A stretch of DNA of 64,000 nucleotides from Pseudobdellovibrionaceae bacterium (GTDB lineage Bacteria; Bdellovibrionota; Bdellovibrionia; Bdellovibrionales; UBA1609). The notes below the pieces were generated by a model. The model searched no databases, was not told the origin of the DNA, and worked only from the letters and a program-made list of their open reading frames with translations. This document shows positions 1-9,121 of this stretch, piece by piece. Position numbers and translations under genes: made by a program. Position 1 is the first letter of the stretch. The number at the start of each line of letters is the position of its first letter. The stretch is from contig JAMLIO010000003.1 of NCBI GenBank assembly GCA_023954155.1, forward strand, positions 216,920 to 280,919, in the 5' to 3' direction.

Positions 1-1587
1 TTGCACTTTTTTATCTACTCCGTGCATAGATTTGGGAATAAATAAAAACAAATAAGGCGCATCGTCCGCAATGATTTTATAAACTTCTCTGAGTAAAGGG
101 ATACGCTTTTTAGCATCTAACTCAGCTTGCGCTTTATCAATCAACTCATCCACTCTCTTGTTTTTGTAATTGATAAAGTTAGAGCCGTTGGCGTCGGCAC
201 TTTGGCTATGCCAAATTTGTTTTGGATCAATCTCGATGTCGTCTTCATCACCAGACCACGCTAAGGTCACGGCATCAAACTTTCTCTCATCTAAAGCTTT
301 GATAAAGCTATTCCAATCCGCATTACGAATATCTAAGTCGATCCCTGCTTTTTTAAGGTCCTCTTTGTAAAGAGTGAAGTACTTCTCGACATCGCGGTTA
401 GGATTAAGCAGTGTAAATCTAAAGTCCACTTTTTTTCCAGCCACCGTTTTATCTAAGATTCCATCCCCATCGCTGTCTTTCCATCCATCTTTAGCGAGTA
501 AAGCTTTTGCCGCATCAGGATCATAGTTAAGGTCTTTGACATTGGGGTCTGCATACTGACTTTGACGATACCAAGGGCCATTGGCTAAGTAACCTTTCCC
601 GTACATGAAACGCTCAATGATCAATTGGCGATTCATAAGATGGGTTAGAGCTCTTCTCGTGTCTTTGCCAGCAAAGATTGGATTATTCAGATTCCAAGCC
701 ACAAAGCTGTAAGACTTATAAGTGCTATTTTCTAAATCCAGTTTAGTAATGTGAGACCATTCTGGCTTTGTGGTATCAATCTTTTTTTCAAAATCTTCAC
801 CAGATAGAGCGCGGTAAGACAGCTGGCCTTTTTTAAGCATCTCTAAAGAAATCGCGTCCTCTTTAATAAAACGAATCACAATTCTATCAAACTGATGAGA
901 CTTGCTGATCGCTTCCGATGGGCTTTTGTAACCCCACCAGTCTGTATTTTTCTTAAGTACAATACTTTTAGCTTTGTTGTACTTATCAATCATGTACGGG
1001 CCTGAACCCACAAGAGTTTTAGACAGTTTATTATCTTTACTTTGCTTTTCATAAATAGATTTGGGCACGACTTTGATCAAACGAGCTAAGGTGTCTAAGT
1101 TTCCAAAGTACTTTCTTTCCACAGGAAACATGATCGTGTCTTCGGAAAGGATCTCTGGTGTGCCAATTCCTTGAACATAAGCCAACTTATGGGCAGCCTC
1201 ATATTTAGGGTCTTTGATGGCATCAAAACTGAACTTCACATCTTCTACTGTAACGGGCTCTCCATTGGTGAACTTCGCATCTTTTCTAATCTTAAAAGTG
1301 TACTTCTTACCGTCAGCGGACACTTCCCAACTTTCAGCAATACCAGGAAGGTACTCGTTGGTGTCAGGATCCTTATTTAATAAACGGTCCACCACATAGT
1401 CTTGAACCTTAGTGGCATAATAATCCGAGCTGTTAATAGGATTTAAAGTCGTCGGTTCAGATTTAAAGGAAAAGTAATAGGTGTTTCCAGAAGAATGATT
1501 CGAGCTTTGTTTATTGCAGCCCACAGAAAGAACAGTCATCACAGTTAACGTAGCAGATACAATTATAGCTCGTGTCCATCCATTCAT
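1..1587 (-). CDS. ABC transporter substrate-binding lipoprotein, family 5 (peptide/oligopeptide type); C-terminus lies beyond the window start
   Basis: Absent from the ORF track because no stop falls inside the window. Manual reverse-strand translation from ATG 1587 (GGAGG 8 nt upstream) gives MNGWTRAIIVSATLTVMTVLSVGCNKQSS (lipobox LSVGC), then ...AESWEVSADGKKYTFKIRKDAKFTNGEPVTVEDVKFSFD..., a typical SBP family-5 pattern. The frame stays open to position 1. Confidence 0.8.
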   Translation of the reverse strand, partial: MNGWTRAIIVSATLTVMTVLSVGCNKQSSNHSSGNTYYFSFKSEPTTLNPINSSDYYATKVQDYVVDRLLNKDPDTNEYLPGIAESWEVSADGKKYTFKIRKDAKFTNGEPVTVEDVKFSFDAIKDPKYEAAHKLAYVQGIGTPEILSEDTIMFPVERKYFGNLDTLARLIKVVPKSIYEKQSKDNKLSKTLVGSGPYMIDKYNKAKSIVLKKNTDWWGYKSPSEAISKSHQFDRIVIRFIKEDAISLEMLKKGQLSYRALSGEDFEKKIDTTKPEWSHITKLDLENSTYKSYSFVAWNLNNPIFAGKDTRRALTHLMNRQLIIERFMYGKGYLANGPWYRQSQYADPNVKDLNYDPDAAKALLAKDGWKDSDGDGILDKTVAGKKVDFRFTLLNPNRDVEKYFTLYKEDLKKAGIDLDIRNADWNSFIKALDERKFDAVTLAWSGDEDDIEIDPKQIWHSQSADANGSNFINYKNKRVDELIDKAQAELDAKKRIPLLREVYKIIADDAPYLFLFIPKSMHGVDKKVQ

Positions 1588-1745
1588 AGAAGAAACCTCC
1601 AAATCTGTTGAGACATGATATTTAACTTTTTTGCGCTAAGAATCAAGTTATACAATCATGTCATAGACGCTATGATCTTAATCAGGCTTAAGGTAGAATC
1701 TAACTCGTAGCAGTGAATTTTCAGAAATTAAAATAAGGACATCCC

Positions 1746-2330
1746 GTGAAGTGGTTAAGACAGTTTTACGAAAAATGCACAGAATTAGCGCAAAAACCCA
1801 GCGCTCTTCCCATTTTGGGAGCCTTCTCTTTTATTGAATCCATCTTTTTTCCTATTCCCACCGATCCTATTCTCATTGCAGTTTGTGCGGCGCGCCCTAA
1901 GCGTTCGTTAAAAGCCGCGGCATGGGCCATTATTTTTAGTGTCCTTGGTGGATGTGTTGGGTTTTTTATCGGCCATTACTTCTCAGACTTTGCACGCGAG
2001 CTTTTACTCAAATACTTCATCACCCCTAAAGATTGGGACAAACTGGTAGGATTCTTTGCGGCGGGAAGCTTTGCCTTTACCATCATCGGAGCCTTCACCC
2101 CCATCCCATTTAAAGTATTTACTATTGCCGCTGGTCTACTGGGTGGATCGTTCATCCCTTTTGTACTCGGGGCTTTAGTAGGTCGAAGTCTAAGATTTGG
2201 TTTAATAGGTATTTTGTTCTATTTCTTTGGGGAAACCATCAAAGTTTGGATTGAAGCTCATTTTGATAAAGTGGTCTGGGCCGTTTCTGCACTGATTATT
2301 TTATTAACTGCCCTTTACTTTTTAATCTAA
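1746..2330 (+). CDS. YqaA-type DedA-superfamily membrane protein
   Basis: 194 aa with multiple TM segments. N-terminal motif LGAFSFIESIFFPIPTDPILIAV is typical of the YqaA/DedA (SNARE-associated) family. GTG start. Confidence 0.6.
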   Translation: MKWLRQFYEKCTELAQKPSALPILGAFSFIESIFFPIPTDPILIAVCAARPKRSLKAAAWAIIFSVLGGCVGFFIGHYFSDFARELLLKYFITPKDWDKLVGFFAAGSFAFTIIGAFTPIPFKVFTIAAGLLGGSFIPFVLGALVGRSLRFGLIGILFYFFGETIKVWIEAHFDKVVWAVSALIILLTALYFLI

Positions 2331-2347
2331 ATCTCTGAAAAGAGATT

Positions 2348-3400
2348 ATGGAAAAAAATAAGACCTCAATTTTAGAAAAATTAAATCTATCTGAAGACAC
2401 TTTGGCAGCTGACAGTCCTCTTTTTGGTTGGGAACGCTCCCAAGCCGAAAGTGAACTGGTCATCATCCCCGCTCCTTGGGAGCCCACCACATCTTTTAAG
2501 GGTGGAACTTCGGCTTCGCCTGGGCTGATTCGCGTGGCCAGTCATCAAATGGACTACTTCCACGAAGTCTATGGTTATGAACCTTATGCTAAAGGGATCT
2601 TCTATCAAGACGTGGACCCTAAAATTGAGCCCCTCCATGAGCGAGCCCTGAAACTCTGCGACTATGTTCAAAGTACTCTGGCTGAAAATGTAGACGCTGA
2701 TGTCAGTAAAGAGCAGGCCGAGATGAATGGACTCAGTGATCAGTTCAATCACATCATTTACACTCAAGCTAAAGGTGTCCTTGAACAAAACAAAACCCCT
2801 GCGCTATTTGGTGGTGATCATTCCACTCCATTTGGAGTCTTAAAAGCATTAAGTGAAAAGTACGACGAGTGGTCTATCCTACATATTGATGCCCACTTAG
2901 ACTTGCGCGTAGCCTACCAAGGATTTAATCATTCCCACGCGTCCATCATGTATAACGCTTCAAAGTTACCCAATGCTCCGAAAAATTTAGTGCATGTGGG
3001 AGTTCGAGATTTTTCACAAAGCGAATACACTTATGCACAAAGTAATGGGCATAAGATATGGACAGATCGACGTTTAAAAACTTTAGAATTTGAAAATCAA
3101 AGCTGGGATCAAATCATTGATCAAATTTTGCAGCCCTTAAATAAGAATGTGTATGTCAGTTTTGATATTGATGGCTTAGACCCTAATCTATGCCCAGGAA
3201 CAGGAACTCCAGTGCCTGGAGGCTTAACTTATGGCAACGCCTGTCGCTTGATCGAAACACTGGCTAAGCGCACCAATATCGTTGGCTTTGATCTGGTCGA
3301 AGTGGCCTCGCCAGAGCAAGACCCCGAAGACTGGAACTGCAACGTGGGCGCTCGGCTCTTGTTTGAATTGTGCCTCGCCACACTTTCCACAACGAAATAA
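2348..3400 (+). CDS. Ureohydrolase (agmatinase/arginase/formimidoylglutamase family)
   Basis: 350 aa with Mn-binding motifs GGDHSTPFG, HIDAHLDLR and SFDIDGLDP. Substrate cannot be assigned from sequence alone. Confidence 0.8.
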   Translation: MEKNKTSILEKLNLSEDTLAADSPLFGWERSQAESELVIIPAPWEPTTSFKGGTSASPGLIRVASHQMDYFHEVYGYEPYAKGIFYQDVDPKIEPLHERALKLCDYVQSTLAENVDADVSKEQAEMNGLSDQFNHIIYTQAKGVLEQNKTPALFGGDHSTPFGVLKALSEKYDEWSILHIDAHLDLRVAYQGFNHSHASIMYNASKLPNAPKNLVHVGVRDFSQSEYTYAQSNGHKIWTDRRLKTLEFENQSWDQIIDQILQPLNKNVYVSFDIDGLDPNLCPGTGTPVPGGLTYGNACRLIETLAKRTNIVGFDLVEVASPEQDPEDWNCNVGARLLFELCLATLSTTK

Positions 3401-3444
3401 AATTAAAATCTGAAAATAACGACATAAAATTAAAATCTGAAAAT
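3397..3444. repeat. Perfect 21-nt direct repeat x2 (ATAAAATTAAAATCTGAAAAT), 27-nt period
   Basis: Copies at 3397-3417 and 3424-3444. The first copy contains the TAA stop of the ureohydrolase gene. Confidence 0.9.
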
Positions 3445-3540
3445 CTTGATGCGAAAGCCACCCGCTTTCGCACACTCGACCCTATTACAACACAGTATGG
3501 GGCGCGTGGAACTTCACTCTTTGGGTCTAACATCAAAATA

Positions 3541-3575
3541 AAAAAATCCTGCCTTTAAGAGCAGGACTTTTATTC
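3541..3575. terminator. Bidirectional rho-independent terminator between the ureohydrolase gene (+) and the dksA-like gene (-)
   Basis: AAAAAA-TCCTGC-cttTAAGA-GCAGGA-CTTTTATT. A 6-bp GC-rich stem (3547-3552 / 3561-3566) has an A-run on one side and a T-rich run on the other. On the minus strand the hairpin is followed by TTTTTT. Confidence 0.75.
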
Positions 3576-3629
3576 TGATATCCTTAAAGAATATCCTATG
3601 ATTTTATTTAGCGTATCGAGGACAGATCA

Positions 3630-3998
3630 CTATCTAGCGTAACGCTTGCCTATGCTCTCGCGCATTTCAGCACCTTCGATGCTTAAGCGAGTCCAAGGGA
3701 TAGCTCTGAGTCTTTGTGGCTCAATGGCTTCGTCGGTCTCTTCGCAGATTCCAAATGTACCATTTTCGATTCTTGCTAATGCAGATTCAATTTCTAGCAA
3801 CTGTCTGCGAATACGATCAGCCATATGAAGCATTTCTCTCTCAGCAAGTGCTCTCACAGTTTGGTCACCTTCATCGCCACCCTTTTCTTCTGAATACAGA
3901 TTTTGACGAGTGTCCTTTACGCGGTTAAGCAGGTCGCTCTTCGCTGCGATTAGTTTTTCTTTACATTCGTTAATGAGTTCTTTAGAGATTAACTCCAT
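3630..3998 (-). CDS. dksA: DksA/TraR-family RNA polymerase-binding regulator, cysteine-poor variant
   Basis: 122 aa with a coiled-coil N-terminal half. C-terminal FGICEETDEAIEPQRLRAIPWTRLSIEG aligns with the DksA C4 zinc-ribbon region but retains only one Cys. Confidence 0.75.
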   Translation of the reverse strand: MELISKELINECKEKLIAAKSDLLNRVKDTRQNLYSEEKGGDEGDQTVRALAEREMLHMADRIRRQLLEIESALARIENGTFGICEETDEAIEPQRLRAIPWTRLSIEGAEMRESIGKRYAR

Positions 3999-4360
3999 TT
4001 TTTCCCCCTGTTTGTTCGTCAGCCCCCTCCAAATTGGTGCCGAATTGGAACTGGAGAAAATTTACATGCTAACCGTTATCAAACGCAAGCTAAAAAACAA
4101 CATTTTGCGAAAATTATTTATATCTTAACAATAACAAATTCTTATGGGCCCAAATAGCTGAAATAGAAGGCATTTTTTGAAATTTCATTCACTTTTGCAC
4201 CGTCATATTTTCATTACCGTCTCAATACTAGACCGAGGTCGAGTTGATTCTTAGACCTTTTTCTACCTTTCAAAACTCATTTCATGCGGCCAAATATATA
4301 AACCATGCCGATGCGGCCGCAGCTTTGCACATCACAGAATGTGACTTACAAGACACTCTT

Positions 4361-4903
4361 TTACTCTTCGCGGTCTGTTGGAGAGGGTCTTCGTTCGCTT
4401 TCTAGAAACACAGTTTCAGTCACTACCTCGACCTCTGTGCCTGGCCCCACATCTCTGATTTCTCCCCCGATGTCATCAAAATCATATATGTTTGAGGAAG
4501 GGTCTCGGCCAAAGGGGGTACTGTTATACACCATACGAAAGCGGCCATCTTTGGCCATACGTTTTAAATTTCTACTCATCAGTAAACCGATCAAGCCACG
4601 CGTAGGACCAAATAAACAGAGCAGTCCAAGCACATCTGTGAGCAAGCCTGGAACAATCAAAAGAAGTGCCCCTAAGAAGATCAACAGTCCTTTGAGCATT
4701 TCTTTTTCAGGGCTCGACTTTTCTTTTAACGTTTTATTTAAGGCTCCGATCATGATCAAAGAGCGAAAACGCAAGATGGTGAACCCTAACCACGCCGTGA
4801 AAAGCACTTCTATCAGCAGAACCCAAAAGCCATAAGCCTGAAAGGCTTTTACAAAAAGATAAATCTCTAAGACAGGTAACAATAAAAATAATATCAATGT
4901 CAT
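4361..4903 (-). CDS. fxsA: FxsA-family membrane protein
   Basis: 180 aa. N-terminal LLLPVLEIYLFVKAFQAYGFW...AWLGFTILR is the typical FxsA signature. It has an acidic, disordered C-terminal tail. Confidence 0.7.
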   Translation of the reverse strand: MTLILFLLLPVLEIYLFVKAFQAYGFWVLLIEVLFTAWLGFTILRFRSLIMIGALNKTLKEKSSPEKEMLKGLLIFLGALLLIVPGLLTDVLGLLCLFGPTRGLIGLLMSRNLKRMAKDGRFRMVYNSTPFGRDPSSNIYDFDDIGGEIRDVGPGTEVEVVTETVFLESERRPSPTDREE

Positions 4904-4912
4904 GTGTACACC

Positions 4913-5692
4913 TTAAAATTTTAAAACCATTTCTAAAGGGCAATGATCTGAACCCACTTGATGATCTAAGTGCTTAAAGGACTTTATAAAAGGCAAAAGC
5001 CCTGGGGTGACACACATATAATCAATTCTCCACCCTCTGTTGTTGTCACGAGCGCGTTCACGGTAAGACCACCACGTGTACTTGTCTCTTGCTTGAGGAT
5101 TAAAATGTCTGAACGCATCTACAAAGCCCACTTCTAAAAAGGAATCAAACCACTCTCTTTCTTCAGGCAAGAACCCACTGACTTTGGATAAACGAACGGG
5201 GTCATAAACATCGACTTCTTTGTGAGCCACGTTATAGTCCCCAACAAGAATGATCTGCTCGCCCGCAGCGATCATGCCTGCCAGATGATCCGTAAAGTCT
5301 TCTAAGAAGTCCATCTTAAAACTTTGCCTCTCATCCCCCATTCCCCCATTGGGAAAATAGACATTGTAAAGCAAAAATTCTGGGAATTTGGTCACCACAA
5401 AACGGCCTTCAGAATCGTATTTCTCTATTTCAATTCCATGCTGCACCCACTGAGGCTCTTCCTTACTGAGCGTGCATGTGCCTGAATAGCCTGCCTTCAC
5501 CGCCTCAGACCAATACCCATGAGGATACAGATCCTGATAGCGCTCTTCATCCAGTTGGTTGAGTTTGCTTTTGGTCTCTTGCACACAAAAGACATCGGGC
5601 TGCTGACGCTCTAAAAAATTACGCAGTCCTTTTTTGTGGAGAGCTCTGATTCCGTTGACGTTCCAAGATATGATCTTCAGTGACTTTGACAT
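4913..5692 (-). CDS. xth: Exodeoxyribonuclease III
   Basis: 259 aa. Motifs KIISWNVNGIRA, FCVQETK, GDYNVAH and SDHCPL are classic ExoIII/AP endonuclease motifs. Confidence 0.9.
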   Translation of the reverse strand: MSKSLKIISWNVNGIRALHKKGLRNFLERQQPDVFCVQETKSKLNQLDEERYQDLYPHGYWSEAVKAGYSGTCTLSKEEPQWVQHGIEIEKYDSEGRFVVTKFPEFLLYNVYFPNGGMGDERQSFKMDFLEDFTDHLAGMIAAGEQIILVGDYNVAHKEVDVYDPVRLSKVSGFLPEEREWFDSFLEVGFVDAFRHFNPQARDKYTWWSYRERARDNNRGWRIDYMCVTPGLLPFIKSFKHLDHQVGSDHCPLEMVLKF

Positions 5693-5755
5693 AGCAAAGA
5701 ACTATAGTTATCTAACAACCAGTGTGAAGAACATCCGCGTCATTTTGGAGGAAAA

Positions 5756-6277
5756 ATGAGTCTAATCGGAACTATGGCCCCACCATTCAAAGCCCCAGCC
5801 GTAACACCTGATAATCAGATCGGAGAATTCCGCTTTGATAACTGCAAAGGCCAATGGGTGGTTTTGTTTTTCTACCCTCTGGATTTCACTTTTGTGTGCC
5901 CCACTGAAATCACTCAATTTCGTGAACTTAAAAATGCCTTCGCAGACAGAAAAGCCATAGTGGTCGGATGCAGCGTGGACTCTGTTTATGCCCATAAAAA
6001 ATGGATTGATGACGATTTAGGAGATTTGGGCTTTTACCTCGTGTCAGACCTTAAAAAGACCATCTCTAGAGACTACGACTGTTACTTAGAAACAGACGGT
6101 GTGGCCACGCGTGCGACATACATCATCGACCCCGAAGGACGCATCCAATACGCCAGTCAAAACAATCTTAATGTAGGCCGTGACGCCGAAGAGATACTCC
6201 GAGTCCTTGACGCCCTTCAAACTGGGGAACTCTGCGGAGCGGGTTGGACTAAGGGCTCTAAAACTTTAAACCCTTAA
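5756..6277 (+). CDS. 2-Cys peroxiredoxin (AhpC/Tsa family)
   Basis: 173 aa. The FYPLDFTFVCPTE peroxidatic Cys motif and a C-terminal ELCGAGW resolving Cys context are present. Confidence 0.9.
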   Translation: MSLIGTMAPPFKAPAVTPDNQIGEFRFDNCKGQWVVLFFYPLDFTFVCPTEITQFRELKNAFADRKAIVVGCSVDSVYAHKKWIDDDLGDLGFYLVSDLKKTISRDYDCYLETDGVATRATYIIDPEGRIQYASQNNLNVGRDAEEILRVLDALQTGELCGAGWTKGSKTLNP

Positions 6278-6284
6278 GTTCAAC

Positions 6285-7430
6285 ATGCTTCACGTTCACG
6301 AAAATTCAGATTGCTTTAAACGAACTCAGGAGAGTTTTTCTTATTTTTATCCCACAACCTCTGAGCGTTTTGATCTTGAGGCCTCTCAAAATTTATTTTC
6401 CACTTTTAAGTTAGAATTCCCAGTGTCCCTTCTGCAGGGCGTACAAGAGTTTGTACGGCAATTTTACGACATCACCAAGACTTCGGCATACCAGCAGCAA
6501 GTGATTTCAACCCCACTGGCAAATGTTTTAGATCACCCTTATAAACCCTCTGTGCTCTGCTGTTTTGACTTTCATTATGATTCTGAATCCAAAACTTTAA
6601 AGCTGATTGAGGTCAACACCAACGCTTCGGGGTACCTTGTTGGGTGTCTGGCTTTTGAAGGTTGGGACGTGTCTTCGATTCCCTATCGGGACGAACTGCT
6701 GCGCTCTTTTAAAAATTCAGATTTACTCAGTAAGAACCATCTCTACATTATGGATGAAAATCCCAAGCAGCAAAAAATGTATTTAGAGTTTATGCTTTAT
6801 CAGGAGTTCTTACAGAAACACATCCAAACAGTTTCCATCATGGATTCCCAAGAACTCGAACACAAGTTTCTTGGAAAAGAAGTCCATGCCAGTGAGATTG
6901 CTATTTATAACCGTGATACTGACTTTTATTTAGAACGCTTACCACAGATGCAAGAGCTTTACAGGCAAAACCTCCTCACCCTTAACCCGCATCCATTGGA
7001 TTATGATCTACTGGCCAAAAAAACCAATTTAGATATTTTACAAAGCTGGATTGAGTCTGATGAAAAGTTTAGGTCCTACTTCTTGCAATCAGGCCTTGTG
7101 CGCGATCGCTTTCAAAATTACGATGAGCTGATTCAAGAAAAAAAATCTTTGTTTTTCAAACCTCCTTCCTCCTTTGGTGGCAAATCTATTTATAAAGGCG
7201 CGAGTGTCTCTAATAAATATTTGCAAAGCATCTGGGATGAGAATTTTCTTTTCCAACAAAGCTTTCCCGCTGGAAAATTCACAACTTCAGACCAACAAGA
7301 ATGGAAGTATGATTTGCGTTTTTACACTTATGACGGTTTGGTGCAGTTTTATCTTGCCCGAGTCTATCAAGGACAAATCACTAACTTTCAAACATCAGGC
7401 GGGGGCTTTGCGCCAGTTGTTTTTGCTTAA
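6285..7430 (+). CDS. Hypothetical protein with ATP-grasp-like features
   Basis: 381 aa. LKLIEVNTNASGYLV and KYDLRFYTYDGLVQFYLARVYQG..GGGFAPV resemble ATP-grasp / glutathionylspermidine-synthase-like cores. This is a weak, motif-level call. Confidence 0.35.
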   Translation: MLHVHENSDCFKRTQESFSYFYPTTSERFDLEASQNLFSTFKLEFPVSLLQGVQEFVRQFYDITKTSAYQQQVISTPLANVLDHPYKPSVLCCFDFHYDSESKTLKLIEVNTNASGYLVGCLAFEGWDVSSIPYRDELLRSFKNSDLLSKNHLYIMDENPKQQKMYLEFMLYQEFLQKHIQTVSIMDSQELEHKFLGKEVHASEIAIYNRDTDFYLERLPQMQELYRQNLLTLNPHPLDYDLLAKKTNLDILQSWIESDEKFRSYFLQSGLVRDRFQNYDELIQEKKSLFFKPPSSFGGKSIYKGASVSNKYLQSIWDENFLFQQSFPAGKFTTSDQQEWKYDLRFYTYDGLVQFYLARVYQGQITNFQTSGGGFAPVVFA

Positions 7431-7467
7431 AAAATATGTTTAAGTCCTTTTGGTACAGGAGCACAAT

Positions 7468-8304
7468 ATGCTTAAAATTAACGATCAGGTTACATTTGAT
7501 AACGACAAAAACTTTGTCCTTATTGGTGGACTTAATGTTTTAGAGTCCCGCGACCTTGCCTTTAAAGCTGCCGAAACTTTTCTTAAAGAAACCAGTAAAA
7601 GGAATATTCCTTATGTGTTCAAGGCGTCTTTTGATAAAGCCAATAGATCTTCTGTACATTCCTACAGAGGCCCAGGAATGGATGAAGGCTTAAAAATTTT
7701 TGAAGAGCTTAAAAAAGAATTCAACATTCCTGTGATCACAGACATACACGAACCTCATCAGGCCAAGCCCTGTGCGGAAGTGATTGATATTCTACAACTT
7801 CCTGCGTTCTTATCGCGTCAGACCGACCTAGTGATTGCTATGGCTGAAACTCTTAAACCCATTCACGTTAAGAAGGCCCAGTTCCTAGCCCCCAATCAAA
7901 TGCGCCACATTATTAAAAAATGTGCTGAAGTGGGCAACGACAAGATCATGCTCTGTGAACGTGGGACCAGCTTTGGTTACGGCGGGCTTATTGTAGATAT
8001 GCTCAGTTTAAGTGAAATGAAAAAATTTAATGTTCCTGTGACTTTTGATGTGACCCACTCTTTGCAACTTCCTGGGGGATTGCAAAACTCCACTGGTGGT
8101 CGCAGAGAGCATCTTTTTGAACTCGCACGCGCAGGCATGGCCGTTGGCCTTTCTGCGATTTTTGTAGAGGCACATCCAGACCCCGATAACGCAAAATGCG
8201 ACGGGCCATCGGCATTGCCCTTAAACTTGCTTGGTGAATTTTTAGATCAAGTTAAAGCTATTGATGATTTAGTGAAAAGTTTCGCAAAAATACATGTGAA
8301 TTAG
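7468..8304 (+). CDS. kdsA: 3-deoxy-8-phosphooctulonate (KDO-8-P) synthase
   Basis: Motifs [22 protein letters not shown] and [13 protein letters not shown] are present. ATG 7468 is preferred over the track's TTG 7450 because AGGAG lies 6 nt upstream of 7468. Confidence 0.9.
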   Translation: MLKINDQVTFDNDKNFVLIGGLNVLESRDLAFKAAETFLKETSKRNIPYVFKASFDKANRSSVHSYRGPGMDEGLKIFEELKKEFNIPVITDIHEPHQAKPCAEVIDILQLPAFLSRQTDLVIAMAETLKPIHVKKAQFLAPNQMRHIIKKCAEVGNDKIMLCERGTSFGYGGLIVDMLSLSEMKKFNVPVTFDVTHSLQLPGGLQNSTGGRREHLFELARAGMAVGLSAIFVEAHPDPDNAKCDGPSALPLNLLGEFLDQVKAIDDLVKSFAKIHVN

Positions 8305-8365
8305 TGACAAGTGAAATCTGTGCTTGAATCTCACAGATCTAACCCTAAACTAGGACATTGTTTTA

Positions 8366-9121
8366 ATGTTGAAAAAACCCAACCTCATCGAATTTGATTC
8401 GATCTGGAAATCTTATGGAAGCCTTAATGTTCTCTCTGATGTGAGCTTTGGGATAGAAACAGGCAGCTCAGTAGCCATCATCGGTGAAAGTGGCTCAGGA
8501 AAAACTACTCTGCTGAAAATTCTCTGCGGTCTGATAGAGGCCGATCAAGGTGAAGTCTTCTTCAAAAGTAAATCCATCTTTGGACAAATGTCAGAGTTTA
8601 AAAGACACTTTGGCTATGTCACTCAACGCGCCACTTTACTCCCTCATTTGACTGTCAAAAAAAACATTGAACTTCCTGCTCACATTCATAAAAACACAAA
8701 AGCCCTTAAGGAACGCACCCTTGCCCTTATGGACATGCTGCAAATGGACCCTAAAGACATTTTAAACAAATACCCCTTTCAGCTCAGCGGGGGTCAGAAG
8801 CAGCGAGTGGTGATTGCACGCGCTTTGATTAACGACCCTGATCTTTTGATCATGGACGAGCCTTTCTCGGCTTTAGACTCTATCACCAAAAACGAAGTGT
8901 ACGACCAGTTCCTACAGATCAAAGCTCATATCAACAAAACCACTCTACTCGTCACTCATGACTTTCATGAAGCCGAGCTGATGTCAGATAAGGTGGTGAT
9001 CCTACACAAATCTAAAATTGCGCAAGAAGGTCCTTTTGCTGAGATACGACAAAACCCAAGTTCAAAATATGTAAAAAACTTTATTGAATCCCAAAGCTGG
9101 CGGGTTGATGATGAAGATTAA
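8366..9121 (+). CDS. ABC transporter ATP-binding protein (osmoprotectant/glycine-betaine type)
   Basis: 251 aa with Walker A GESGSGKTT, signature LSGGQKQRV and Walker B LLIMDEP. It overlaps the start of the downstream SBP-permease gene. Confidence 0.85.
   Translation: MLKKPNLIEFDSIWKSYGSLNVLSDVSFGIETGSSVAIIGESGSGKTTLLKILCGLIEADQGEVFFKSKSIFGQMSEFKRHFGYVTQRATLLPHLTVKKNIELPAHIHKNTKALKERTLALMDMLQMDPKDILNKYPFQLSGGQKQRVVIARALINDPDLLIMDEPFSALDSITKNEVYDQFLQIKAHINKTTLLVTHDFHEAELMSDKVVILHKSKIAQEGPFAEIRQNPSSKYVKNFIESQSWRVDDED

Noticed and set aside
170-1399. Small plus-strand ORFs (170-370, 1171-1380, 1214-1399)
   Set aside because: They lie antisense within the edge-truncated family-5 substrate-binding protein gene, which is read on the minus strand.
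2387-2788. 133-aa minus-strand ORF. Similar antisense ORFs lie at 23155-23457, 32061-32689, 50820-51146 and 54973-55287.
   Set aside because: All lie inside strongly supported genes on the opposite strand and show no motif or signal of their own.
4305-4835. 176-aa plus-strand ORF
   Set aside because: It is fully antisense to the well-supported FxsA gene. The Ser/Pro/Lys-rich, low-complexity translation is typical of a shadow ORF.
7450-7467. TTG start for kdsA
   Set aside because: ATG 7468 is preceded by AGGAG at ideal spacing, and KdsA homologues start near MLKIND-type sequence.
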